This document shows positions 54,918-63,034 of a DNA stretch of 64,000 bases, one piece after another (the stretch's first letter is position 1; the number at the start of each line of letters is the position of its first letter). Origin of the DNA: Vicinamibacterales bacterium. GTDB taxonomy: Bacteria; Acidobacteriota; Vicinamibacteria; Vicinamibacterales; SCN-69-37. The stretch is from the NCBI GenBank assembly GCA_040902895.1, contig JBBDWL010000056.1:16482-80481 (forward strand). The letters are read 5' to 3'. The translations under genes and the position numbers were made by a program. The notes under the pieces were generated by a model that saw nothing but the letters and a program-made list of their open reading frames with translations, made no database searches and was not told the origin of the DNA.

Positions 54918-55241
54918 ATGCGGATGTTCATCGCAGCGGCGATCGCCGCTGTCGTCGCGACGCCGGCTTTCGCGCAGCCGCGGCCGCCGGCGAGCATCGA
55001 TGCCAGCGTGGCGCTGGGGCTGGTCTGGCACGGCGCGATCGTCGGCGACGACGATCCGAAGGAGGCGGGCGCGGTGCGGCCGATTGTGTCGTTCATCGCG
55101 CGCGGGCAGCTGCACCGGCTGGCGGGTTTCACGTTCGAGAGCACGCTCGAGCCGATGGGCCTCGACAATCCGCACTTCGACGAGCGTCTGCACAGCCTGC
55201 ATCTGCTGGCCGGCATCGAGATCGGGCGTGCCATCCCCTGA
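54918..55241 (+). CDS. hypothetical secreted protein
   Basis: AGGAGGGA Shine-Dalgarno upstream. Signal peptide MRMFIAAAIAAVVATPAFA. No family recognised, and it may be truncated. Confidence 0.4.
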   Translation: MRMFIAAAIAAVVATPAFAQPRPPASIDASVALGLVWHGAIVGDDDPKEAGAVRPIVSFIARGQLHRLAGFTFESTLEPMGLDNPHFDERLHSLHLLAGIEIGRAIP

Positions 55242-55365
55242 GGTGATCGCGCGCGCGTCGTACTCCCACGGCGCCTTCTCGTGGATGGCCGGTGTGCAGG
55301 TGCCGTTCACGTGGCGCCGATAGCCATCGCTGCTCTGATACCATCGCACGTCGGCTGTCCTGATC

Positions 55366-56721
55366 GTGCCCAGTTACCGCTTCAGCAACTTCGTGCTCTC
55401 GCCGCAACGGCGTGTTCTCGTCCGCGACGGGGTCGAGCTGCCGCTGATCCCGCGCTATTTCGATCTGCTCGTGCTGCTCGTCGAGCGGCGCCACGAGGCC
55501 GTGCATCGCCGCGAGATCTTCGATCGCGTCTGGAACGACGTCATCGTCTCCGACAGCGCGCTCAACCAGGCCATCCGCACGATCCGGCGCACGCTTGGCG
55601 ACGACTCGCGCGAGCCGCGCTTCGTACGCACGGTCTCGCGCCACGGGTATCGGTTTGTGTTTCCGGATGTCATCGAAGCGCCGGACGACAACGGCGTCGT
55701 CATGGCGCCGCCGCAACCAGTTCCGAATGCCGCCCCGCCCGGCCCGCCATCGCCCGCGGAGGATTTCGAGCCGCTCCTCGCGCGCATCACGCAGCACGGG
55801 GACGAGGAGGATCGGCGCGACGCCGCCGAAATGCTGCACGGCCTGGGCACGGCAGAAGCGCTTCGGCGGCTGGGCACGCGACCGGGACACGCGCGGGCGC
55901 GCGCCCTGCTGCGCGACACGCGGTGGGAGGCGCCCGGCGCCGCGGACGTGCCGATCGTCGGCGCGCCCGATCCTGTTGGTGTGGCGCGCGAGCTGGTCGC
56001 GCTGCGATTACGGCGCGCCGCGCGGCTGGTGGCCCTCCGCTGGGCAGGCGCATCGGTAGGCGGCGGACTCGCAGGAGCGATCGCGGGCGGAGCCGGCGGA
56101 CTGATCCTCGCGGCGCTGCCCGGACACGATGCGCCGATCGGTGTTGCAGCGGTGTTGGCGGTGATCGGCGCAGGATGCGGCGCGATCGGCGGCGCGGGGG
56201 TCGGCGCGGGACTCGCGGTAGCAGAAGCGACGGCGCGCTCGTTCCGCATTGCCGCTCTCGTATTCGGCGGCGCGCTTGGCGGCGGCCTCGCCGGACTCTC
56301 GGCGCAGTGGCTGGGCCGGTGGGGTCTGGCTGCCCTGGTCGGGTTGAACGTCAACGTCGGCGGCGCGCTCGAAGGGCTGCTGATCGGCGCCGCAGCCGGG
56401 CTTGGCTACGCCGCAGCCACCCGCCGCACCGAAGGGGGCATGGCCGCGCCCAGAGGACGGCGCCGCCTGCAGACGGCCGCGCTCACGGCTGTGCTGTGCG
56501 GTCTGGCAGCACTCGTGATCGCGCTCCAGGGACGCCCGCTCGTTGGCGGCACGGTCCACGCGATCGCCCGCGCCGCGGAGGGATCCCAGGTCACGCTTGC
56601 CCCGCTCGGGCATCTGGTCGGCGAGCCGGACTTTGGGCCCCTCTCCCAGGCCATCATCGGGTTCGGCGAAGGCGCCCTGTTCGGCTTCGGCCTCGCCTAC
56701 GGCCTCACGCGCCGCCCGTAA
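55366..56721 (+). CDS. CadC/ToxR-like winged-helix (OmpR-type DNA-binding) regulator fused to a Gly/Ala-rich multi-TM domain
   Basis: YRFSNFVLSPQRRVLVRDGVELPLIPRYFDLLVLLVERRHEAVHRREIFDRVWNDVIVSDSALNQAIRTIRRTLGDD...FVRTVSRHGYRFV is trans_reg_C-like. The C-terminal half has repeated GGxxGxxxGGAGG-type hydrophobic segments. Confidence 0.8.
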   Translation: MPSYRFSNFVLSPQRRVLVRDGVELPLIPRYFDLLVLLVERRHEAVHRREIFDRVWNDVIVSDSALNQAIRTIRRTLGDDSREPRFVRTVSRHGYRFVFPDVIEAPDDNGVVMAPPQPVPNAAPPGPPSPAEDFEPLLARITQHGDEEDRRDAAEMLHGLGTAEALRRLGTRPGHARARALLRDTRWEAPGAADVPIVGAPDPVGVARELVALRLRRAARLVALRWAGASVGGGLAGAIAGGAGGLILAALPGHDAPIGVAAVLAVIGAGCGAIGGAGVGAGLAVAEATARSFRIAALVFGGALGGGLAGLSAQWLGRWGLAALVGLNVNVGGALEGLLIGAAAGLGYAAATRRTEGGMAAPRGRRRLQTAALTAVLCGLAALVIALQGRPLVGGTVHAIARAAEGSQVTLAPLGHLVGEPDFGPLSQAIIGFGEGALFGFGLAYGLTRRP

Positions 56722-56782
56722 AAACAGGGGACGGGTCTCTATTTTTCGTTTTTTGAAAAATAGAGACCCGTCCCCTGTTTTT
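56720..56782. repeat. long perfect palindrome (28-bp stem, 7-nt loop), copy 2 of the repeated element; likely terminator
   Basis: AAAAACAGGGGACGGGTCTCTATTTTTC-gtttttt-GAAAAATAGAGACCCGTCCCCTGTTTTT. It shares the GGGGACGGGTCTC core with copy 1 and overlaps the TAA stop of the upstream gene. Confidence 0.85.
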
Positions 56783-56852
56783 TCACCCAAATCTCACATA
56801 TCCCTCACCGGTCGCTCAAGACTTCGCGCGCGCCGGCGCCCATCCTCGGGGC

Positions 56853-57326
56853 ATGCATACCTTCGCGCCCGTCAGCAGCTGCAGACACACGACCCTCGAG
56901 ATCGCGACGGAACATCGAACCCAGTTCGTCGATCTAACCGAACGGATCGAAACCTTCATCGCCGGCGAAGGATTCCAGGCCGGCCTCGTCAACATCCAGA
57001 GCCGGCACACCACCACCGCCATCATCGTCAACGAACACGAGCCGCTGCTGCTGAGCGATTTCGCGTCGCTGCTCGCCAGGGCGGTGCCGCGGCACGCGCT
57101 GTACCGGCACGACGACATGCGCCAGCGGACCGTCAACCTGACGCCCGAGGAACGCGAGAACGGCTTTTCGCATTGTCGCGCGCTGCTGCTCGGGGCGGCG
57201 GTGTGCCTCAACGTGACCGACGGCCGACTGCAACTGGGGCGGTGGCAGCGCGTGTTCCTCGTGGAGCTCGACGGCCCCCGCGATCGCGAGGTGTCGGTGC
57301 TGCTGCTCGGAGATGTCGGCCGGTGA
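56853..57326 (+). CDS. yjbQ: YjbQ/UPF0047 family (secondary thiamine-phosphate synthase-like) protein
   Basis: ...FVDLTERIETFIAGEGFQAGLVNIQSRHTTTAIIVNEHEP...NGFSHCRALLLGAAVCLNVTDGRLQLGRWQRVFLVELDGPR. Confidence 0.85.
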   Translation: MHTFAPVSSCRHTTLEIATEHRTQFVDLTERIETFIAGEGFQAGLVNIQSRHTTTAIIVNEHEPLLLSDFASLLARAVPRHALYRHDDMRQRTVNLTPEERENGFSHCRALLLGAAVCLNVTDGRLQLGRWQRVFLVELDGPRDREVSVLLLGDVGR

Positions 57327-57338
57327 ACGTGAAGATGG

Positions 57339-57878
57339 TCACGCGCGCGTGCGCGGATGTCTCAGCGCCTTCGCGAGCGCACTGAAGGCGGCCACCATGT
57401 CCTGGCGGCTGTAATGGGCGTTGCGGCCGCTTGGATTCGGCAGCACCCACACCGCTGCGGCGCCGAGCCGATCTACCGTGCGTCCGGGCCTCACGGTTTT
57501 CACGCCAGGAAAGATCGCGCGATACACCGTGATGCCGACGAGCGCGACGATCTCCGGTTTGTAGCGCCGCACTTTGCGCTCGAGCGCCGCGCGGCCGGCA
57601 CGCAGCTCCATCAGCGTCAGATCGTTCACGCCCGGCGTCGGCCTCGCCACCAGGTTGGTCACGCCATATCCCCACTCCGGCAGCCGGTCATCGTCAACAT
57701 GCGAGACAGGCTCGGGCACGAGGTTGCTTTCGTGCAGCAGCTTCCAGAACGTGTTGGACGGCCCGGCGAAGTGATGGCCGCTGAGCGCCGATCGCACGCC
57801 CGGGTTGATGCCGACCAACAGTACCCGCACGCCGGGATTGATGCGATCCTTCAGCCGCAGATGCTCGTAATCGACCAT
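57339..57878 (-). CDS. mug: G/U mismatch-specific DNA glycosylase
   Basis: VLLVGINPGVRSALSGHHFAGPSNTFWKLLHESNLV matches the Mug GINPG...N.FW signature. Confidence 0.85.
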   Translation of the reverse strand: MVDYEHLRLKDRINPGVRVLLVGINPGVRSALSGHHFAGPSNTFWKLLHESNLVPEPVSHVDDDRLPEWGYGVTNLVARPTPGVNDLTLMELRAGRAALERKVRRYKPEIVALVGITVYRAIFPGVKTVRPGRTVDRLGAAAVWVLPNPSGRNAHYSRQDMVAAFSALAKALRHPRTRA

Positions 57879-57887
57879 AATCGGCGC

Positions 57888-58286
57888 ATGAATTTTCTGT
57901 TCAAGGAAGAGCCCGAGAACTACTCATACGATGCCTTCTCGAAAGACAAGCGCACGACGTGGACAGGCGTGCGCAATCCAGCCGCGCAAAAACACCTGCG
58001 CTCGGTGAAGAAAGGCGATCGCATCTTCTACTACCACACGGGTGACGAAAAGGCCGTGGTCGGCATCGCGAAAGCGCTGAAGAACGCCTACGCCGCTCCC
58101 GACGGCGCCGGCCATGTCGTCGACATCGCACCGGTGAAAAAGCTGAAGCGTCCCGTGACGCTCGCCGAGATCAAGAAGGACCGCCGCTTCGCGCAACTGC
58201 CGCTCGTGCGCGTGCCGCGCCTCTCGGTGATGCCGATCGATGACGATGTGTTCGAGGCGATACTCAAAATGTCAGGAACGACGTAA
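57888..58286 (+). CDS. EVE (PUA-like) domain protein
   Basis: Internal ATG at 57888: MNFLFKEEPENYSYDAFSKDKRTTWTGVRNPAAQKHLRSVKKGDRIFYYHTGDEKAVVGIAKAL...LVRVPRLSVMPI. Confidence 0.8.
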   Translation: MNFLFKEEPENYSYDAFSKDKRTTWTGVRNPAAQKHLRSVKKGDRIFYYHTGDEKAVVGIAKALKNAYAAPDGAGHVVDIAPVKKLKRPVTLAEIKKDRRFAQLPLVRVPRLSVMPIDDDVFEAILKMSGTT

Positions 58287-58287
58287 A

Positions 58288-58307
58288 CGGACAGGCTAAA
58301 GCCTGTC
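58288..58307. terminator. GC-rich hairpin between convergent genes
   Basis: GGACAGGC-taaa-GCCTGTCC. It has the same GGC-TAAA-GCC loop context as the hairpin at 25180-25199. Confidence 0.4.
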
Positions 58308-58308
58308 C

Positions 58309-60507
58309 CTACGGAGTCCTGCGTAGGAACAAACATCCCAGCGGCGGCAGCGTCAGCAGCAAAGAATGATCGCGGCCGTGCGAGCGGATCGGTTCGGTGC
58401 GCACGCCGCCGGCATTGCCCACGTTGCTGCCGCCGTAGATCATCGAGTCGCTGTTGAGCGCCTCGCGGTAGAAGCCGTCGCGCAGCACGCCGATGCGATA
58501 ACCCTCGCGCACGACGGGCGTCCAGTTGACGATGACCACCAGCTGGCTGTCTGCGTCGTCGCCGTGGCGGACGAATGACACGACGCTGTTCTCCGAATCG
58601 GCGCAATCGAGCCAGTCGAAGCCCGAGGCGTCGAAGTCGCGCTCGAACAACGCCGGCTCCGACGCGTAGAACGCATTCAGGTCGCGCACCCACTGTTGAA
58701 TGCCGGCGTGGCGAGGCGAATCCAGCAGATGCCAGTCGAGGCTCTCCTCGGCCGTCCATTCCCGCCACTGCCCGAACTCGCTGCCCATGAACATCAATTT
58801 CTTCCCGGGATGCGCGTACATGAAGCCATAGAGCAGCCGCAGCGTGGCGGCCTTCTGCCACTCGTCGCCCGGCATTTTCGCGATCATCGAGCCCTTGCCG
58901 TGCACGACCTCGTCGTGCGAAAACGGCAGGATGAAGTTCTCGGTCCAGGCATAGAGCAGCGAGAACGTCAGGTGGTGGTGCTCCCATTTGCGATGCACGG
59001 GATCCTTCGACGCGTACGTCAGCACGTCGTGCATCCAGCCCATGTTCCATTTGAACGTAAAGCCGAGGCCGCCGGCGTACACGGGCCGGCTCACCGCCGG
59101 GAACGCGGTCGATTCCTCGGCGATAATCGCCGCGCCGGGATGGCGCTCGTGCGCGACTTCGTTCAGCCGCCGCACGAAGTCGACGGCTTCCAGATTCTCC
59201 CGGCCGCCGTGGCGGTTCGGCACCCACTCGCCTGCCTTGCGTGAGTAATCGAGATACAGCATCGATGCGACGGCATCGACGCGAAGCCCGTCGACATGGA
59301 ACTCGTCGAGCCAGAAGAGCGCGTTGCTGGTCAGGAAGTTGCGCACTTCGTTGCGACCGTAGTTGAAGATCAGCGTCCCCCAGTCCTGATGCTCGCCCTG
59401 GCGCGGATCCTCGTGTTCGTACAGCGCGGTGCCGTCGAATCGCGCGAGACCATGCGCATCCTTCGGAAAGTGCCCAGGCACCCAGTCGAGAATCACGCCC
59501 AGGCCTTCGCTGTGGCACGCATCGACGAACAGCTTGAAATCCTCGGGCGGCCCGAAGCGGCTGGTCGGGGCATAGAAGCCCGTCACCTGATAGCCCCACG
59601 ATCCGCTGAATGGATGCTCCATCACCGGCATCAGCTCGATGTGCGTGAAGCCCTGCTGCTTCGCGTACGGCACCAGCGACGTCGCAAGCTCGCGGTACGT
59701 CAGCATGCGATGGCCGTGATCGGGACTCCTGCGCCATGAGCCGAGATGCGCTTCGTAGATCGCCATGGGACGATTGAGCGCGGTGCCGCGCGCATCGCGC
59801 GCCAGCATCCACGGCTCGTCGGTCCACTCGAAGTGATGCGCATCGTGCGTGATGCCCGCCGTCTGCGGCGGCACTTCGAAGAACGATCCGAAAGGATCGA
59901 CCTTGTGCAGAATGGCGCCCGCCGGCGTCCGAATCTCGAATTTGTAGCGCTCGCCTTCGCGCACGCCCGGAATGAACATCTCCCACACGCCGTTCGGCAC
60001 GACGGCGCGCATCGCGTGCACGCGGCCGTCCCACCCGTTGAAGTCGCCGACCACGCTCACGCGCTGGGCGTTGGGAGCCCAGACGGAGAAATAGAATCCA
60101 TCCACGCCGTCGATCGCCAGGCGGTGCGCCCCGAAGCGCTGCCACAGCTGCAGCAGATTGCCTTCGGCGAACAGGTGCGCGTCGTACGGTGAGAACACGG
60201 CCGCGAAGCGGTAGGGATCCTGCGCCTGATGCATCGAGCCGTCGGGATAGGTCACCCGCAGCTCGTACTGCAGCGGCAGGGGCGCATCCTCGAGGACGAT
60301 CTCGAACACGCCGGCATGATGCCGGCGCGCCAGCTCCCGCGTCTCTGACGGCCGCACGATCTCGACGCGCGCGGCGGCGGGGTGAAACGCACGGACCGCT
60401 GTGCCTTTGCCACGAGGCAGCGTGTGTGGTCCGAGAATCGCGAAGGGATCGTTGTTCGCGCCGGACGCAAGCAGTTCAATGGCGCGATCGAGACCAGAAA
60501 CAGGCAT
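58309..60507 (-). CDS. glgB: 1,4-alpha-glucan branching enzyme
   Basis: 732 aa. ...FSVWAPNAQRVSVVGDFNGWDG...YEAHLGSWR...GFTHIELMPVMEHPFSGSWGYQVTGFYAPTSRFG...DWVPGHF...HVDGLRVDAVASMLY are the GH13 GlgB motifs. Confidence 0.95.
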   Translation of the reverse strand: MPVSGLDRAIELLASGANNDPFAILGPHTLPRGKGTAVRAFHPAAARVEIVRPSETRELARRHHAGVFEIVLEDAPLPLQYELRVTYPDGSMHQAQDPYRFAAVFSPYDAHLFAEGNLLQLWQRFGAHRLAIDGVDGFYFSVWAPNAQRVSVVGDFNGWDGRVHAMRAVVPNGVWEMFIPGVREGERYKFEIRTPAGAILHKVDPFGSFFEVPPQTAGITHDAHHFEWTDEPWMLARDARGTALNRPMAIYEAHLGSWRRSPDHGHRMLTYRELATSLVPYAKQQGFTHIELMPVMEHPFSGSWGYQVTGFYAPTSRFGPPEDFKLFVDACHSEGLGVILDWVPGHFPKDAHGLARFDGTALYEHEDPRQGEHQDWGTLIFNYGRNEVRNFLTSNALFWLDEFHVDGLRVDAVASMLYLDYSRKAGEWVPNRHGGRENLEAVDFVRRLNEVAHERHPGAAIIAEESTAFPAVSRPVYAGGLGFTFKWNMGWMHDVLTYASKDPVHRKWEHHHLTFSLLYAWTENFILPFSHDEVVHGKGSMIAKMPGDEWQKAATLRLLYGFMYAHPGKKLMFMGSEFGQWREWTAEESLDWHLLDSPRHAGIQQWVRDLNAFYASEPALFERDFDASGFDWLDCADSENSVVSFVRHGDDADSQLVVIVNWTPVVREGYRIGVLRDGFYREALNSDSMIYGGSNVGNAGGVRTEPIRSHGRDHSLLLTLPPLGCLFLRRTP

Positions 60508-60699
60508 CAGGGCCTCGGGCCTGCAAGAGCCGTGAACGAAATCGGCGTGCGCACGGGCTTAACGATACTCATCTTTGGAGGCAGCCCGGCCGATCGCCTG
60601 CAATCCAGCCGAGCTGCCGAGGGACGCGATCTTGCAGTTTCCGGATGAGGAACGCCGCCGCTTATGGCCGGCGACCTTTTTTGACAGGAGACGAAACAC

Positions 60700-60927
60700 A
60701 TGGCCGATCGCAACCGTCCAGACCTCGACCGCGAACAGCGCGGGTCGTCGAATCCGAATCAGACCGACCGTCCCGAAAACCGCGGCACGCAGCCCAGCGA
60801 TACCGGAATGCCCGGCTCCAAGGGCACCGAGGACCAGAACCAGAACATCGGTGACAGCGACAAGGGCGTCGGCAGCGAAAGCGAGAACCGCAACATCGAA
60901 GGCGACGAGAATCTGAACCGTCGCTAA
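60700..60927 (+). CDS. small hydrophilic, low-complexity (intrinsically disordered-like) protein
   Basis: AGGAGA Shine-Dalgarno 7 nt upstream of the ATG. 75 aa rich in D/E/N/Q/G/R/S with no hydrophobic core, followed by a structured hairpin. Confidence 0.45.
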   Translation: MADRNRPDLDREQRGSSNPNQTDRPENRGTQPSDTGMPGSKGTEDQNQNIGDSDKGVGSESENRNIEGDENLNRR

Positions 60928-60935
60928 ACGCTCAA

Positions 60936-60980
60936 CAGGCCCGGCCGTGTTCCACCTCGCGCGGAACCCGACCGGGCCTG
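60936..60980 (+). terminator. nested stem-loop after the small hydrophilic ORF
   Basis: CAGGCCCGG...CCGGGCCTG outer stem enclosing a GTTCC...GGAAC inner stem. There is no T-tract. Confidence 0.4.
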
Positions 60981-61034
60981 AATAATTTCCAGCCGAGCTT
61001 CCGATCGGGAACATCGCTTGCTACGACCTCATGC

Positions 61035-61571
61035 GTGACACCGCACGCCTCGGAAGTCCTTGTCGTCGAAGACGATCTGCCGACCCGCGAGATGTGCGTA
61101 TTCCTCTTGTCGCAGGCAGGTCTTCGCGTGCGCGCGGCGCACAATGGCCGGCAAGCCCTTGATTTATGTCTCGAGGAGCTGCCGGCGCTGGTGCTGACCG
61201 ACCTGCGCCTGCCGGGTCTCGACGGCTACGAGCTCGCGCGCGAGCTTCACACCGCGTTTGGAGAAGCGACGCCGCCGGTGATCGCCATTACCGGCTTCGT
61301 GCCTGCGGATGATGACCTCCGGCTGGAACAGGCGCGGTTTCACCGGCTGCTCGTGAAACCCGTGGCCCCGAAACTGCTCGTGGATGCCGTGAAGGAGGCA
61401 ATCAGTATGGCCAACGTAAAAGTCCCGTCGAACCCAACGCAGCAGCCGGGCCGGCAGGCCGGTCAGGATCCACAGCAGGGAAACAAACGCGAGCCTGGTT
61501 CTCCGCAGCAGCCTGATTACAGCGGACACAAGGACAAGGAAGAGCTCGGCGGCAAGGCCCCGAAGCATTAG
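61035..61571 (+). CDS. stand-alone response-regulator receiver domain with a disordered Q/P/G/K-rich tail
   Basis: GTG start. VLVVEDDLPTREMCVFLLSQAGLRVRAAHNGRQALDL...LVLTDLRLPGLDGYELAREL...LLVKPVAPKLL is the REC domain, with no output domain. The tail is NPTQQPGRQAGQDPQQGNKREPGSPQQPD... Confidence 0.8.
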   Translation: MTPHASEVLVVEDDLPTREMCVFLLSQAGLRVRAAHNGRQALDLCLEELPALVLTDLRLPGLDGYELARELHTAFGEATPPVIAITGFVPADDDLRLEQARFHRLLVKPVAPKLLVDAVKEAISMANVKVPSNPTQQPGRQAGQDPQQGNKREPGSPQQPDYSGHKDKEELGGKAPKH

Positions 61572-62521
61572 GGACGCGGCCAGACCAGTCGAAGCGCGGT
61601 GCCCCAAGGATCGGCCGCGGTCCACATGCCGGCGGCGTCCTCAACTCGATAGCCGGCATTCGCAAGACTTTGCGCCGCCGCGGCAGCATCCTCGCTCCGC
61701 GGTACGACGATGTCCCACGCGAGCAGCTGTGCCTGATCGGCAGATGGGGCCGGCGCCCACGACCAGGTGTTGGCGGCGAGATGATGGTGGTAGCCGCCGG
61801 CTGACATGAACAGCGCGCCCGGATAGCTCCACACCACTTTGTCGAAGCCGAGACCGGCGTGATAGAACGCCGCGGCCTCGGTGAGATCTCCCACGTGCAG
61901 ATGGACGTGACCGAGCACGGTGCCGGCGGGCATGCCGGTCCAGACAACGCTGCCTCCCGCCGCAGCGAGATCGCCGGCGTCGAGCGGCTCGGTGGTCATC
62001 GCGAGCTCGCGGCCATCCACCTGCCAGCCGGCGCGCGGCCGATCGGCGTAGACCTCGATGCCCAGGCCATCGGGATCGGTCAGATAGATGGCTTCGCTCA
62101 CGAGGTGATCCGCCATGCCGGCGCGCGCGCCAATCGACGCGAGATGCCGGACGAAGCGTCCAAGCGACGGCCGATCGGGCAACAGGATCGCGAAGTGATA
62201 CAGCCCGAGCGCTCCGCGCGGCGCGGGACGCACGTTCGGTCCCGAATGCAGCTCGACGATCGCGTTGCTGGCGCCGTGCGGGCCGAGTGACGCGGTTCGT
62301 TCGCGGCGGTCGAGCACGCGCAGGCCGAGCGTCTGTTGGTAGTAAGCGATCGACCGGTCCAGATCGACGACTTGCAGGTGCACGGCACCGAGGCGGGTCT
62401 CGTCGGGCAGCCGATAGGCCGGCGGGCGGATGCCGTAGCTGTCAGCGATCGCGAATATCCCCCAGCAATGCGACCAGCGTCTTGAGGTCGCGCTTGCTGA
62501 TGTGTCCGAGCTGCTCGGCAT
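61568..62521 (-). CDS. two-domain VOC-family (glyoxalase/extradiol dioxygenase-like) protein
   Basis: LGAVHLQVVDLDRSIAYYQQTLGLRVL... and LGHVHLHVGDLTEAAAFYHAGLGFDKV... are two VOC modules. The start is uncertain, because the ATG at 62521 overlaps the marR end by 80 nt. Confidence 0.75.
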   Translation of the reverse strand: MPSSSDTSASATSRRWSHCWGIFAIADSYGIRPPAYRLPDETRLGAVHLQVVDLDRSIAYYQQTLGLRVLDRRERTASLGPHGASNAIVELHSGPNVRPAPRGALGLYHFAILLPDRPSLGRFVRHLASIGARAGMADHLVSEAIYLTDPDGLGIEVYADRPRAGWQVDGRELAMTTEPLDAGDLAAAGGSVVWTGMPAGTVLGHVHLHVGDLTEAAAFYHAGLGFDKVVWSYPGALFMSAGGYHHHLAANTWSWAPAPSADQAQLLAWDIVVPRSEDAAAAAQSLANAGYRVEDAAGMWTAADPWGTALRLVWPRP

Positions 62522-62990
62522 GAATCTCGTCGATGCGGTCGTCGAGCCGCGCGAGCAGGTCGCTGCCCTTCTTCGTAATGCGCGTGCTGACGAGACGCCG
62601 GTCTTCCGTGCCGCGCTCGCGGACGATCATCCCCATCTCTTCCATGCGGTCGAGAAGCCGGGTGACGTCAGGGACGGCTCTCACCAGCCGGCATCCAACT
62701 TCATTGCGACAAAGCCCCGTCTCGCCGGAGCCGCGAAGAATCCGGAGCACGTTGTACTGGGTCGGCGTGATGTCGTAGGGCTTCAACGCCTGCGCAAGCG
62801 AATGCTCGAGCACGGCCGCGGTGCGCACGATGCTGAGATACGCCTCTTCCTCGATGCGCTTGATCGGGATGGCCTGTTTCAGTTCTTCCTGGAGCTTTGA
62901 GGGCACACCGGGAGTATAAGTGTTGTCACACGTATTGTCAAACCGCTTCCCGCTCGCAATCGCCCGGCGGCCAGCCAACTCCTGTGACAC
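62442..62990 (-). CDS. MarR-family transcriptional regulator
   Basis: ITPTQYNVLRILRGSGETGLCRNEVGCRLVRAVPDVTRLLDRMEEMGMIVRERGTEDRRLVSTRITKKG. The start may instead be GTG 62906. Confidence 0.85.
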   Translation of the reverse strand: MSQELAGRRAIASGKRFDNTCDNTYTPGVPSKLQEELKQAIPIKRIEEEAYLSIVRTAAVLEHSLAQALKPYDITPTQYNVLRILRGSGETGLCRNEVGCRLVRAVPDVTRLLDRMEEMGMIVRERGTEDRRLVSTRITKKGSDLLARLDDRIDEIHAEQLGHISKRDLKTLVALLGDIRDR

Positions 62991-63034
62991 TTCCGTGACA
63001 CTTCACGCCGCCGTGCTTCGTATGATGCGAGGTC

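Noticed and set aside
55281-56756. 491-aa Arg-rich ORF overlapping the CadC-like regulator in another frame
   Set aside because: Its composition (runs of R, A, G) is non-protein-like, while the alternative frame has a clear winged-helix domain.
58088-60145. 685-aa minus-strand ORF overlapping glgB
   Set aside because: It is on the same strand as glgB but out of frame with it. glgB carries unmistakable GH13 motifs, whereas this frame is an Arg/Ala-rich nonsense sequence.
60508-60699. 192-nt non-coding region upstream of glgB and the small hydrophilic ORF, considered as a riboswitch or sRNA
   Set aside because: I could not recognise any known riboswitch consensus or a convincing conserved structure by eye. 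It is most simply a divergent promoter region.
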